A stretch of DNA of 24,000 nucleotides from Actinomycetaceae bacterium (GTDB taxonomy: Bacteria > Actinomycetota > Actinomycetes > Actinomycetales > Actinomycetaceae), in assembly GCA_035647855.1 (NCBI GenBank), contig DASRMP010000001.1:1-24000 (forward strand), read 5' to 3'. Below are positions 1 to 9,197 of this stretch, one piece after another (within the stretch, counting starts at the first letter, position 1; each line of letters opens with the position of its first letter). Made by a program: the position numbers and the translations under genes. The notes below the pieces were generated by a model that did no database searches, was not told where the DNA came from, and worked only from the letters and a program-made list of their open reading frames with translations.

Positions 1-1
1 C

Positions 2-166
2 CACACCACCGACGCCGGCCTGACAGTCACCACCCCCACCGGACACCGATACACGGCGACCGACATGCCCCTCACCCGCCACCACGACCACGCCACCGAA
101 CGACTCACGCGCGGCCCCCTCCCCGAACGCGCCGGGAAGAAAACCGTGAGGCCTGCCAGAGGATAG
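2..166 (+). CDS. HNH endonuclease (DUF222 / 13E12-repeat type), C-terminal fragment entering from upstream of the window
   Basis: Frame 2 reads HTTDAGLTVTTPTGHRYTATDMPLTRHHDHATERLTRGPLPERAGKKTVRPARG, ending at TAG 164-166. The 'TVTTPTGHxYTxxP' tail matches what I recall of C-termini of actinobacterial DUF222 HNH endonucleases. Only 54 codons are visible. Confidence 0.4.
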   Translation, partial: HTTDAGLTVTTPTGHRYTATDMPLTRHHDHATERLTRGPLPERAGKKTVRPARG

Positions 167-255
167 AGATCTCAGACGCGAGCGCGCAGATCATGATCGC
201 GCGCCCCCGCGACGCTCGCGCGCCCTGCGACGACGAACAAACGCCACGCGCTCAA

Positions 256-1443
256 TCACCGGGAGTTGTTGGAGTTCCTCACGGTCCCATGCGCGAGCAC
301 GGTCGCCACGATCCCGGCCGCCGGCAGGATGAGTAGTGCGAGATGCAGGCCGACGGCATCGGCCATGAGACCGATCGCAGGCGAGGTGACCAGAAAGCCG
401 ATGCGCATGAACCATCCGAGCATCGCGATGCCCGTTCCATGAGGCACGCCCGGCAGGCCGTCCGACGCGGCGTAGGCGGCAGGGACGAGGGTCGCCGTGC
501 CGAATCCCGCGATGGCGAAACCGGCAACCGCAACCCAGGTGTTCGGCGCGATCACGGCGATCAAGCCGCCCACTGAGATCATCGCGCCACCGGTCCGCGC
601 GACCGCACCTCTCCCCCATCGATCCGTCATTGGGTCGCCGAGCATCCGGCCCACGAACTGGGCCCCGAGCATGATCGCGAAACCCGCACCCGCGACACCG
701 ATCGCGGCTCCGATCTCGCGGAACAGGTAGAGCGTCACCCAGTTGTTGGCCACGTCCTCCACGAGGGTTCCACAGATCGCCAAGACGGCGAGAGGCACGA
801 ACCGGGCCCACGGGAATCGGCGGCCGGAATTGGCCACAGGCTGATCGGGAATCTCTGCCTCGGACGTTGCCGAGCGCACGAACTTCTCGGGCACCGCACC
901 GTTGATGCCCGCGATCACCGCCAATGCGGACCACACCACGGCACCGACTGCCATCTGCCATCCTATGGGAATTCCCGCACCTGCGGAGGCGGCGCCGATG
1001 AAGCCACCCATCGTCGCCCCCAGGCTCCAGGAGGCGTGGAGCGAATTGATGATCGACTTGTCGTACCAACGCTCCACTGCCATCCCGTGGACGTTCTGCC
1101 CGGAGTCAAGCACGGCATCCATCACGCCGGCGGTGAGCATGATCGGCACGAACAGCAGGACGCTCGGGCTGAAACCCGCGAGCGCCAGCAGCACCGCGTA
1201 CGCCACGGTCCCGATCACGGCAACCTGCAGAGCACCAAATCGCCTGATGAGGGGCCCAGCAACCGCTGCGGCAAGAATCGACCCGAGCGGCAGCGCCACC
1301 ACCACGAAGCCGTACGCGGTGTCGCTGAGCTCGTACGCCTGCTTGATCTCGGGAAGGCGCGGAAGGAACGAGCCTCCGATCACGCCGTTCGTGAAGAACT
1401 GCGCCGAGATCGCCCAACGGGCTCGCACCGGTGATGATGTCAC
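256..1443 (-). CDS. MFS transporter
   Basis: This is the C-terminal ~395 aa of the 583-aa ORF 256..2007. It has about 12 Gly/Ala-rich hydrophobic segments and an MFS motif-A-like loop, 'GDPMTDRWGRG'. The start is taken at in-frame GTG 1443 (TTG 1452 is an alternative); the ORF further upstream is a HAD relic and corA antisense. Confidence 0.85.
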   Translation of the reverse strand: MTSSPVRARWAISAQFFTNGVIGGSFLPRLPEIKQAYELSDTAYGFVVVALPLGSILAAAVAGPLIRRFGALQVAVIGTVAYAVLLALAGFSPSVLLFVPIMLTAGVMDAVLDSGQNVHGMAVERWYDKSIINSLHASWSLGATMGGFIGAASAGAGIPIGWQMAVGAVVWSALAVIAGINGAVPEKFVRSATSEAEIPDQPVANSGRRFPWARFVPLAVLAICGTLVEDVANNWVTLYLFREIGAAIGVAGAGFAIMLGAQFVGRMLGDPMTDRWGRGAVARTGGAMISVGGLIAVIAPNTWVAVAGFAIAGFGTATLVPAAYAASDGLPGVPHGTGIAMLGWFMRIGFLVTSPAIGLMADAVGLHLALLILPAAGIVATVLAHGTVRNSNNSR

Positions 1444-1479
1444 GGCACGCAACGTTACCTGCAAGGATCTGCCGCCACC

Positions 1480-1776
1480 AAGAGGTCGGCGCTGCGCGGA
1501 GTGGAGGTCTTGGAGCTCGTCGAGCGCAGCCGTCGCGAGGTCATCCAGGACCGCCAGGGCACCCGGGAAGTCGTCGCCCCGGGTGTGGACGCTCGGCGCT
1601 ACCACAGTCGGGATACCCGCGCCTACGGCCGCAGCGAGCCCAGCAGTGGAGTCCTCGACGGCGAGGCAGTCAACTGAATCGACGGCAAGGCGCTCGAGCA
1701 CCCAGTGGCAACTCGCACCCGCGGGTGATGCGTGAGGGTGGGTCTTCACTCCGCTCGCAGTTGCTACGTTGACGTC
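1480..1776 (-). pseudogene. HAD-superfamily hydrolase, C-terminal relic with the N-terminal catalytic half missing
   Basis: Translation 'GVKTHPHASPAGASCHWVLERLAVDSVDCLAVEDSTAGLAAAVGAGIPTVVAP' resembles the K...P-x-P / 'EDSxxG' motif III-IV region of beta-phosphoglucomutase-like HAD hydrolases. No DxDGT motif-I region is available, because the DNA upstream is occupied by corA on the other strand. The relic is in frame with the MFS ORF with no stop between them. Confidence 0.5.
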
Positions 1777-2784
1777 ATGACGTCCACGACGACGAGCCGC
1801 TCGTGGCGCGGCGGCGTCCTTACCGACGAGCACGTGGATCACGACGAGCTCCTCGCCGCCCTCAAGGACCCGCAGTCGCTCGTCTGGTTCGACCTTCTGG
1901 AACCCGACCATAAGGTCCTTGAGGCGCTGCTCCTCGACCTCGGCCTCCCACCCACCGCGATCGAGGACGCAATTGCGCCGCGGGAGCGCAGCAAACTCAC
2001 GCGGCACGAGTCATTCGCTCTGCTCACCGTCTATGCAGCCGGCGACTCCGAGTCGCTCCGATCCGCCGCAGCCCCCGACTCCGCCACCGCCCCCAGTATT
2101 GCGGTGTCCCGCGTCACCGCGATCGCCCTCCCCCACGCCTTGGTCACAGTGCGTCTCGACGACGGCTTCCACATGGACGACGTCGTCGAACGGTGGGAGG
2201 AGGGACCCGCGGCGCTACAGAGCAGCGTGGCGGGACTCCTCCACGGGTTGCTCGACGCCGTCGTCGACGGGCATCTCGACGCCCTCGAAAACCTCGAAGG
2301 CCAGATCGACAAGCTCGAGACCGACCTGCTCGCCGAGCGGAACGCTTCCTTCGACATCGCCCGCCGCATCCACGAGTCGAGGGGCGACATCGCGGCGCTG
2401 CGGCGCGTGATCCTGCCCATCCGCGAGGTGGTGAGCGGGCTTTACAGGCACGGGATGGTCGACGACGCCCTGCGGCCGTGGTTCGACGACGTCTACGACC
2501 ACATCCTCCGCGCCGCCGAATGGTCCGATACCCAGCGCGACTTCGTCTCGAGCCTCTTCGAGACGCACCTCGCGCTCCAGGACGCCCGTCTGAACACCAT
2601 CACGAAGAAGCTCGCCGGGTGGGCGGCGATCATCGCGGTCCCGACCGCGATCACCGGGTGGTTCGGTCAGAACGTCCCGTACCCCGGCTTCGGGCAGCCG
2701 CTGGGTGTCTGGCTCTCGATTGGCTTCATCGTCACAACGGCGGGAGTGTTGTTCGCGGTGTTCCGCAAACTCGACTGGCTGTAG
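1777..2784 (+). CDS. corA: CorA-family (2-TM-GxN) divalent cation transporter
   Basis: ORF 1732..2784. It has a cytoplasmic N-domain, then two C-terminal TM helices flanking 'TGWFGQNVPYPGF' (GQN where the GMN signature normally sits) and a C-terminal 'FRKLDWL'. The start is taken at ATG 1777 (GTG 1732 is an alternative). Confidence 0.9.
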   Translation: MTSTTTSRSWRGGVLTDEHVDHDELLAALKDPQSLVWFDLLEPDHKVLEALLLDLGLPPTAIEDAIAPRERSKLTRHESFALLTVYAAGDSESLRSAAAPDSATAPSIAVSRVTAIALPHALVTVRLDDGFHMDDVVERWEEGPAALQSSVAGLLHGLLDAVVDGHLDALENLEGQIDKLETDLLAERNASFDIARRIHESRGDIAALRRVILPIREVVSGLYRHGMVDDALRPWFDDVYDHILRAAEWSDTQRDFVSSLFETHLALQDARLNTITKKLAGWAAIIAVPTAITGWFGQNVPYPGFGQPLGVWLSIGFIVTTAGVLFAVFRKLDWL

Positions 2785-2812
2785 CGCGAGCCTGCCGGAC
2801 CCGCCGGCGCCG

Positions 2813-3901
2813 CTAGAGGCGGTTCGCTCGCACTCGGTGCGGCCGGTCGGGTTGCGCGCCCGCGGCCTTGAGGTCCGCCCGGAGGTTCTTGGGCAGCGAG
2901 AACATGATGTCCTCGGTGGCCGTGCGGACCTCTTCGATCTCGCCGAAGCCGAACTCGCCAAGCCTGGCGACGACGTCGCGCACCAGGATCTCGGGCACGC
3001 TCGCACCGCTGGTGACGCCGACAGTCATCGCGCCATCGAGCCACGCCGGGTCGACCTCGGACGCGCGATCCACGCGATGAGCGGCACCAGCGCCCGCCTC
3101 GAGCGCGACCTCGACGAGCCGCACCGAGTTGGACGAGTTCGCCGAGCCGACCACGATCACCACATCTGACTGCGGCGCGAGCTCCTTCACCGCGACCTGC
3201 CGGTTCTGGGTGGCGTAGCAGATGTCATCGCTCGGCGGGTCTTGGAGGCCAGGAAATCGCTCGCGGAGCAGTCTGACAGTCTCCATCGTCTCGTCCACGG
3301 AGAGTGTGGTCTGGGAGAGCCACACAACTTTCTCCGGATCGCGGACCTCGACCTCGTCCACCTCGTGCGGGCCGTTGACCACCTGGATGTGATCGGGTGC
3401 CTCGCCCTGCGTGCCCTCGACCTCCTCGTGCCCGGTGTGGCCGATGAGAAGGATGTCGTAATCGGAACTCGCGAAGCGGACGGCTTCCTTGTGCACCTTC
3501 GTCACGAGCGGGCACGTGGCATCGATCGTGGCGAGGTTGCGGGCGGCAGCTTCGGCGTGGACCGCAGGGGACACGCCATGCGCGGAGAACACAACGCGGG
3601 CGCCCTCCGGCACCTCGTCGGTCTCCTGCACGAAGATCGCGCCGCGCTGCGAGAGCGTCTCCACCACGAACTTGTTGTGGACGATCTCCTTGCGCACGTA
3701 AATGGGAGGTCCGTAGTGCTCAAGTGCTTTCTCGACGGCGTCGACGGCCCGGTCCACGCCCGCGCAGTAGCCGCGGGGCGCGGCGAGCAGGATCCTCTTG
3801 CCGGGTTCGGCGACGACGGCGGGGTCGACTGAGGGGACGGCGTCGGGGAACGCGGAGGATCCGGCAAGGGAGGTCGGCGGCGTACCTGTGCGAGTCACCA
3901 C
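2813..3901 (-). CDS. ispH: 4-hydroxy-3-methylbut-2-enyl diphosphate reductase (IspH/LytB)
   Basis: '[46 protein letters not shown]', '[11 protein letters not shown]' and '[17 protein letters not shown]' are near-colinear with M. tuberculosis LytB2 as I recall it. The three Fe-S cysteines are present. GTG start at 3901. Confidence 0.95.
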   Translation of the reverse strand: MVTRTGTPPTSLAGSSAFPDAVPSVDPAVVAEPGKRILLAAPRGYCAGVDRAVDAVEKALEHYGPPIYVRKEIVHNKFVVETLSQRGAIFVQETDEVPEGARVVFSAHGVSPAVHAEAAARNLATIDATCPLVTKVHKEAVRFASSDYDILLIGHTGHEEVEGTQGEAPDHIQVVNGPHEVDEVEVRDPEKVVWLSQTTLSVDETMETVRLLRERFPGLQDPPSDDICYATQNRQVAVKELAPQSDVVIVVGSANSSNSVRLVEVALEAGAGAAHRVDRASEVDPAWLDGAMTVGVTSGASVPEILVRDVVARLGEFGFGEIEEVRTATEDIMFSLPKNLRADLKAAGAQPDRPHRVRANRL

Positions 3902-4014
3902 TACAGAGTACGTCGTGAATCTGTTCCATGCGGTGGGGGGGATCTGTCACCCTACTCCCCAGGTCTGGGGACGGTGGAGCCGGACTGTCCGTGGTGCGAC
4001 ATAGACTCGGGGGC

Positions 4015-5310
4015 ATGTCGCAGTTCCCCGCCGATGCCCCGCGCCCGCTGCCGCGGCCGGCTCTGGCGGCCAGAGCGGCCGAGACCACGCCGGAGAACCC
4101 GTGGCCGCTGCGGCTCCTCAACTCGAAGATCACGGACTACGTCAACCGCATGTCGCCCCTTTGGGTCGAGGGACAACTGGTCCAGATCAATCGCCGCCCG
4201 GGCGCGTCGATGGTGTTCATGACGCTTCGGGACACGGACGCGGACATGTCGATCTCTCTCGTGATCCAATCGCGGGAACTCCAGGCCTCCCGCGTGCAAC
4301 TCACGGACGGCGCGCGCGTTGTGGTGCACGCGAAGCCCACATTCTGGCCGAAGCGCGGCACGCTGCAGCTCCATGCCCGGGAGATCCGGGCGGTTGGACT
4401 CGGTGATCTGCTCGCACGAATCGAGCAACTCAAACGGGTGCTCGCCGCCGAGGGGCTGTTCGCCGCCGAGCGGAAGGTGGCGCTGCCGTTCCTGCCGCGC
4501 ACGGTCGGACTCATCTGCGGGCGGGATTCCAAAGCGGAGCACGATGTCGTGGTGAACGCCCGGGCCCGCTGGCCCGAGGTGCGTTTCGAGATCCGCGAGG
4601 TGGCGGTTCAGGGAGCGCACGCGGTCCAGGAGGTGACGGCGGCGATCGTCGAACTAGACGCAGATCAGAGCGTCGAGGTCATCGTCATCGCCCGCGGCGG
4701 CGGCTCGGTTGAGGACCTGCTGCCATTCTCGAACGAGCACCTCGTGCGGGTGGCCGCTGCTGCCCGAACGCCGCTCGTATCGGCGATCGGGCACGAGACC
4801 GACTCGCCACTCCTCGATCTGGTCGCGGATTACCGCGCCTCCACACCCACGGACGCCGCGAAGCGCATCGTTCCGGACGTCGCCGAGGAACGCCGCAACC
4901 TGGACCAGGCAATCGCCCGGGCGAGGGCCGCGCTCTACGCCCGGCTCCAGCGCGAGACGGCAGCCCTCGCCGCACTCCGCTCCCGCCCTGTGCTCGCCAA
5001 CCCCGGCGTCGTCGTGGACCGTGAGGCGGAACGGCTCGCGGTCTCGGTCGATCAGCTCCGGCGTGCGCTCCGGGACCGTCTGGACAACGCTCACGCCGAG
5101 ATCCGCCGCCTCCGCGCCCAGACCGTCGCACTCTCTCCCGCCGGCACCCTGGAACGCGGATACGCCGTTGTCCGCGACCGCGACCACCACGTGGTCCTGG
5201 ACGCGAGCGCCTTCGAGGTCGGCGAGCCGTTCGAGGTGCTTCTTGCCGCCGGACGCCTCGATGCCGACGTCACCGAAATCCACACGCACACCTTCGACAC
5301 AGGAGAATAG
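4015..5310 (+). CDS. xseA: Exodeoxyribonuclease VII large subunit
   Basis: The OB-fold N-terminus 'PWPLRLLNSKITDYVNRMSPLWVEGQLVQINRR...MVFMTLRD' and 'VIVIARGGGSVEDLLPFSNE' are typical of XseA. Start at ATG 4015 (ORF track start 3928 is less likely). The stop directly abuts the xseB ATG. Confidence 0.9.
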   Translation: MSQFPADAPRPLPRPALAARAAETTPENPWPLRLLNSKITDYVNRMSPLWVEGQLVQINRRPGASMVFMTLRDTDADMSISLVIQSRELQASRVQLTDGARVVVHAKPTFWPKRGTLQLHAREIRAVGLGDLLARIEQLKRVLAAEGLFAAERKVALPFLPRTVGLICGRDSKAEHDVVVNARARWPEVRFEIREVAVQGAHAVQEVTAAIVELDADQSVEVIVIARGGGSVEDLLPFSNEHLVRVAAAARTPLVSAIGHETDSPLLDLVADYRASTPTDAAKRIVPDVAEERRNLDQAIARARAALYARLQRETAALAALRSRPVLANPGVVVDREAERLAVSVDQLRRALRDRLDNAHAEIRRLRAQTVALSPAGTLERGYAVVRDRDHHVVLDASAFEVGEPFEVLLAAGRLDADVTEIHTHTFDTGE

Positions 5311-5550
5311 ATGCCCGCGAACCAACCCGTCGAAGAGCTCAGTTACGAGCAGGCGCGCGATGAACTCGTCGAGGTCGTCCGGAGCCTCGAGACCGGCTCG
5401 GCGAGCCTGGAGGACTCTCTCCGGCTCTGGGAGCGCGGGGAAAGCCTCGCCGCCCGCTGCCAGGAGTACCTGGACGGTGCGCGCAAGCGCCTCGACGCCG
5501 TCACCGGACGAACCACGCAGGCCGCGGACCCGGTCACCCCGAATCCCTAG
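5311..5550 (+). CDS. xseB: Exodeoxyribonuclease VII small subunit
   Basis: 79 aa. '[48 protein letters not shown]' is the canonical XseB helical hairpin. It lies immediately after xseA. Confidence 0.9.
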   Translation: MPANQPVEELSYEQARDELVEVVRSLETGSASLEDSLRLWERGESLAARCQEYLDGARKRLDAVTGRTTQAADPVTPNP

Positions 5551-6899
5551 TCCAGCATCTCCGTCACCAGGGCCGCGATCGCAGAGCGCTCGGCGCGCGT
5601 GAACGTCACGTGTGCGAACAGGTCGTTGCCTTTGAGCGCCTCGATTACCGCGACCACGCCGTCGTGACGGCCGACCCGCAGGTTGTCCCGCTGCGCGATG
5701 TCATGCGTGAGGACCACCTTCGAGTTCTGGCCGATGCGCGAGAGCACGGTCAGCAGGACGTTGCGTTCGAGTGACTGCGCCTCGTCCACGATCACGAAAG
5801 CATCGTGAAACGAGCGCCCGCGGATGTGCGTCAACGGCAGAACCTCGAGCAGGCCACGGGCCATGATCTCGTCGATGACATCCTGGCGGACCACGGAACT
5901 GAGCGTGTCGAACACGGCCTCGGCCCACGGGTTCATCTTGTCGAGTTCGGTGCCGGGCAGGAAGCCGAGTTCCTGGCCTCCCACCGCGAAGAGTGGACGG
6001 AAGACGATCACCTTCCTGTGCTCGTTCCGCTCCATGGCTGCCTCGAGACCGGCGCAGAGGGCGAGTGCGGACTTCCCCGTTCCCGCACGTCCTCCGAGCG
6101 AGACGATCCCGATGTCCGGATCGAGGAGATGGTCGATCGCCACGCGCTGCTCCGCCGAACGCCCGCGGATCCCGAATACCTCCCGGTCGCCGCGAACGAG
6201 GGTGACGCGCCCGTCGCGGGTGACACGCCCGAGCGCCGAGCCACGCGGCGAGTGCATCACGACGCCTGTGTGCACGGGCTGCTGCGGCAACACGCCAGGC
6301 GTCACGAGGTCCTCGATGACGATGCCGTGATCGCTCCAGAGCGAGCTCATCTCCGTGTCGGTCAGCTCTGCGTACACCATGCCGGTGTACCCGGACTCCA
6401 CCACCTGCTGCGCCCGGTACTCCTCGGCGTTGATGCCCAGGGCCGCTGCCTTCACGCGCATCGGCAGGTCCTTCGAGACCACCGTCACGTTCTCGCCCTC
6501 CGCTGCAAGGTTCGCGGCGACGGCGAGAATCCGTGTGTCGTTGTCCCCGAGCCTCATTCCGCTCGGGAGTGCCGAATCGTTCGCGTGGTTGAGCTCCACC
6601 CGCACGTTGCCGCCCTCTCCGCCCACCGGGATCGGGCAGTCGAGCCGGCCGTGAGTCGCGCGCATGTCGTCGAGCATGCGGAGCGCGGAACGCGCGTAGT
6701 ACCCGAGTTCGCTGTGGTGCCGCTTCGCCTCGAGTTCGGTGATCACCACAACGGGAAGAACCACGTTGTGTTCCGCGAAACGCAGGAACGCGGCCGGGTC
6801 GCTCAGGAGGACCGACGTGTCCAGAACGTAGGTCCTCAAATCCGTGCCGGTGCCGGCGGGCGCCTTCATGACCTCGTCGGTCGTGCTTTGGAACGTCAC
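5547..6899 (-). CDS. PhoH2-type protein (N-terminal PIN domain fused to PhoH-like ATPase)
   Basis: PIN motifs 'YVLDTSVLL' and 'VVITELE' are present, with Walker A 'GRAGTGKS' and Walker B 'FVIVDEAQ'. GTG start at 6899 is preceded by AGGAGGA. Confidence 0.9.
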   Translation of the reverse strand: MTFQSTTDEVMKAPAGTGTDLRTYVLDTSVLLSDPAAFLRFAEHNVVLPVVVITELEAKRHHSELGYYARSALRMLDDMRATHGRLDCPIPVGGEGGNVRVELNHANDSALPSGMRLGDNDTRILAVAANLAAEGENVTVVSKDLPMRVKAAALGINAEEYRAQQVVESGYTGMVYAELTDTEMSSLWSDHGIVIEDLVTPGVLPQQPVHTGVVMHSPRGSALGRVTRDGRVTLVRGDREVFGIRGRSAEQRVAIDHLLDPDIGIVSLGGRAGTGKSALALCAGLEAAMERNEHRKVIVFRPLFAVGGQELGFLPGTELDKMNPWAEAVFDTLSSVVRQDVIDEIMARGLLEVLPLTHIRGRSFHDAFVIVDEAQSLERNVLLTVLSRIGQNSKVVLTHDIAQRDNLRVGRHDGVVAVIEALKGNDLFAHVTFTRAERSAIAALVTEMLD

Positions 6900-7034
6900 G
6901 AGTTCCTCCTAGTGGCGCCGCAGCGCCGTGGGCGTTGTGGACAGTCACCACGCTACGTCCTCTGTGGCATGGCTCACGCCCCGGCACGCCCGGTTCACAG
7001 AACCTCGCGACGTCGACACCGATGGACACGAGTC

Positions 7035-7062
7035 CGGACAGTCCGCATGACATGGCGATAAT
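7035..7062 (+). promoter_or_regulatory. Candidate sigma-A type promoter for the aro operon (-35 cGGACA, -10 GATAAT)
   Basis: GATAAT at 7057-7062 stands out in G+C-rich DNA, with CGGACA 16 nt upstream and the aroA ATG 28 nt downstream. Called by pattern only. Confidence 0.25.
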
Positions 7063-7089
7063 GGGGCAATACGGACGAGAGGGAAACAC

Positions 7090-8415
7090 ATGGCCACGAC
7101 CGGGCGGCTACGCGGCACCATCCACCTGCCCGCGGACAAGTCCATCGCCCACCGCGCGCTCCTCTTCAACGCGATGGGTCACGGTGGCGCGCGTGTCCAG
7201 ATGCACGCACCGGGCGAGGACGTCCGCACCACCGCCGCCGCGCTCGCCACCCTCGGTCTCGTCGAGGTCGACGGCGACGGCGAGACCGTTGCCTACCGCG
7301 TCACCGGCGGCGGCACGCCGAAGGGTGCCCGACTCCCCGGCACGGACGAGATTCGAATCGACTGCGGCAACTCCGGCACTTTGATGCGGCTGCTCGCGGG
7401 CGCCGCCACCACGCGCCCGGGCCGCACCGTCCTGACCGGGGACGAGTCCCTCTCCTCCCGCCCCATGGAGCGCGTCGCGGAGCCGCTTCGGTCCATCGGC
7501 GCGTCCATCGCCACCACGGACGGACATCCGCCCGTCGTCATCGACGGCGGAGTCACCCTGCAGCCCGGCCACCACGTGCTTCGCGTCGCTTCTGCCCAGG
7601 TCCTCGGCGCCATCATCCTCGCCTCGTTGCCCACGCCCGGCCTGACCGAGATCACGGTGCCCGGGGCCACGCGCGATCACACGGAGCGGATGCTCGCGTG
7701 GCTCGGCGCCCACATCGTGCGTGACGGTTACACCACGCGCCTGACGGGCCCGGCGGCATGGGAGCCGCGGGACATCACTGTCCCCGCGGACCCCTCGGCG
7801 GCCGCGTTCTGGCTGGTCGCGGGAACTGTCCACCCCGACGCGGAGATCACGATCCCCCACGTCGGCCTCAATCCGACCCGGCTCGGCGTGGTTCGGGTCC
7901 TCGAACGGATGGGTGCGCAGATCGAGACGCGGCCCTCCGAGACGCACGGACCGGAACCGGCGGGAGACCTCGCCGTCCGGTCCGCGGGCAACCTGCGCGC
8001 CGTCGACCTCGGATCGGACGATGTCGCGGACGTGATCGACGAACTCCCGGTGCTCGCCGTAGCGATGGCCGCCGCTACCGGCACGTCAACAGTGAGCGGC
8101 GCGGGTGAACTGCGGGTGAAGGAGTCGGACCGGATCCGCCTCGTCGTCGATGGGCTGCAGGCCATGGGCGTGGACGCCACGGAGACCGCGGACGGCTGGC
8201 GGATCACGGGCGGTGCGCTTCGCGCCTCGCTCCGCTCACGGCAGCCGCACCAGGACCCCGCAATCATCCGGACCTCCGGCGACCACCGGATCGCGATGGC
8301 GTTCGCGATCGCGAACCTGACCGGCGTCGGGACGCGCGGCGCCGTCGTCGACGACCCGGCGTGCGCGGCCGTCTCCTACCCCGCCTTCTGGCAGGACCTG
8401 GAGTCACTCTCGTGA
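7090..8415 (+). CDS. aroA: 3-phosphoshikimate 1-carboxyvinyltransferase (EPSP synthase)
   Basis: 'LPADKSIAHRALLF', 'DCGNSGTLMRLLAG', 'ELRVKESDRI' and 'GDHRIAMAFAIA' are EPSPS signatures. Confidence 0.95.
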   Translation: MATTGRLRGTIHLPADKSIAHRALLFNAMGHGGARVQMHAPGEDVRTTAAALATLGLVEVDGDGETVAYRVTGGGTPKGARLPGTDEIRIDCGNSGTLMRLLAGAATTRPGRTVLTGDESLSSRPMERVAEPLRSIGASIATTDGHPPVVIDGGVTLQPGHHVLRVASAQVLGAIILASLPTPGLTEITVPGATRDHTERMLAWLGAHIVRDGYTTRLTGPAAWEPRDITVPADPSAAAFWLVAGTVHPDAEITIPHVGLNPTRLGVVRVLERMGAQIETRPSETHGPEPAGDLAVRSAGNLRAVDLGSDDVADVIDELPVLAVAMAAATGTSTVSGAGELRVKESDRIRLVVDGLQAMGVDATETADGWRITGGALRASLRSRQPHQDPAIIRTSGDHRIAMAFAIANLTGVGTRGAVVDDPACAAVSYPAFWQDLESLS

Positions 8416-9197
8416 GGACTTTCACCCTCTTCGGGCACGGCATCGCCTACACCGCGTCGCCCGCGATCCAGCACGCCGCGCTGGCCGAACTCGGGCTCCC
8501 GCACCGCTACGAAGTGGCCGACATCCCGCCGAGCGAGTTCGCGGCCGCGGTGGGCCGGCTTCGCGGTGAGAGCGGCGGCGCGAACGTGACGATCCCGTAC
8601 AAGAAGGAGGCGGCCCTTCTTGTCGACGAAACCAGCGAGGACGCGGAACTGATGCGCGCCGTCAACACGATCGTCGTCGACGGCGAACGGCTGATCGGCC
8701 ACAACACCGACCTGCCCGCCATCGAGGACGAACTGCGCGGACTGCTCCCCACCGGTGCGAGTCACGCGGTGGTCATCGGGGCCGGCGGCGCCTCGCGAGC
8801 GGTCCAGACCGCACTCTACCGATTCGACGCCGCCGTCACGGTGGTGCAGCGGCGCGACGGATCGCTCGACCGGATCGGCGAGTTCCTCACGAACGCCGAT
8901 CTTGTGGTGAACGCCACCCCGCTCGGCATGAAGAGCGGCGAGTTCCCCTTCGATCCCGGGCTCCTGCGGCAGGACCTCGCGGTCTTCGATCTGATCTACC
9001 GCCCGGATCCGACCGGGCTGGTTGCGGCAGCGCGTGCGGCCGGCGCCGAGGCACGCTCGGGAAGTGGGATGCTGATCGGGCAGGCGTGGCGCTCGCTGGC
9101 GCTCTGGCTCGAGCGAGACGGGATCGCGGTCGGGCCCGAACTGGCCGCGCCGATGGCAGCGGCGTTGCGCAGAGAACTGGGAGGAAGCCGTGTCTGA
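8412..9197 (+). CDS. aroE: Shikimate dehydrogenase
   Basis: 'FGHGIAYTASPAIQHAAL', 'GANVTIPYK', 'NTD' and the Rossmann motif 'VIGAGGASRAV' are present. GTG 8412 overlaps the aroA stop (GTGA), with GGAG 8 nt upstream. The ORF-track start 8361 would overlap aroA by 55 nt. Confidence 0.85.
   Translation: MRTFTLFGHGIAYTASPAIQHAALAELGLPHRYEVADIPPSEFAAAVGRLRGESGGANVTIPYKKEAALLVDETSEDAELMRAVNTIVVDGERLIGHNTDLPAIEDELRGLLPTGASHAVVIGAGGASRAVQTALYRFDAAVTVVQRRDGSLDRIGEFLTNADLVVNATPLGMKSGEFPFDPGLLRQDLAVFDLIYRPDPTGLVAAARAAGAEARSGSGMLIGQAWRSLALWLERDGIAVGPELAAPMAAALRRELGGSRV

Noticed and set aside
191-1069. A 292-aa minus-strand ORF and other alternative-frame ORFs (902..1735 +, 1036..1434 +) over the MFS gene.
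   Set aside because: They are Arg/Gly/Pro-rich translations in off-frames or the antisense of a gene with about 12 clean TM segments. There is no independent support.
1444-1776. A possible Mg2+ (M-box) riboswitch or other leader RNA upstream of corA.
   Set aside because: I could not recognise M-box conserved cores. The region is better explained as a HAD-gene relic read on the opposite strand. A covariance-model scan (Rfam) would be needed to settle this.
256-2007. Reading the 583-aa ORF as a genuine HAD-MFS fusion protein.
   Set aside because: - The N-terminal ~77 codons are antisense to the well-conserved corA N-terminus.
- The HAD-like part lacks the motif I/II catalytic half.

It is best explained as an MFS gene (start near 1443-1452) preceded by an in-frame HAD relic.
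5701-7089. A 462-aa minus-strand ORF and a 418-aa plus-strand ORF (5805..7061) overlapping the PhoH2 gene.
   Set aside because: Both are off-frame or antisense to an ORF with clear PIN, Walker A and Walker B motifs. Their translations are Arg/His/Gly-rich nonsense without domains.
6900-7089. An aromatic-amino-acid leader peptide or attenuator upstream of aroA (ORF 6935 begins MWTVTTLRPLWHG).
   Set aside because: That ORF has no nearby stop (149 aa, out of frame through aroA), no run of Trp/Phe/Tyr codons, and no terminator/antiterminator pair that I could see.
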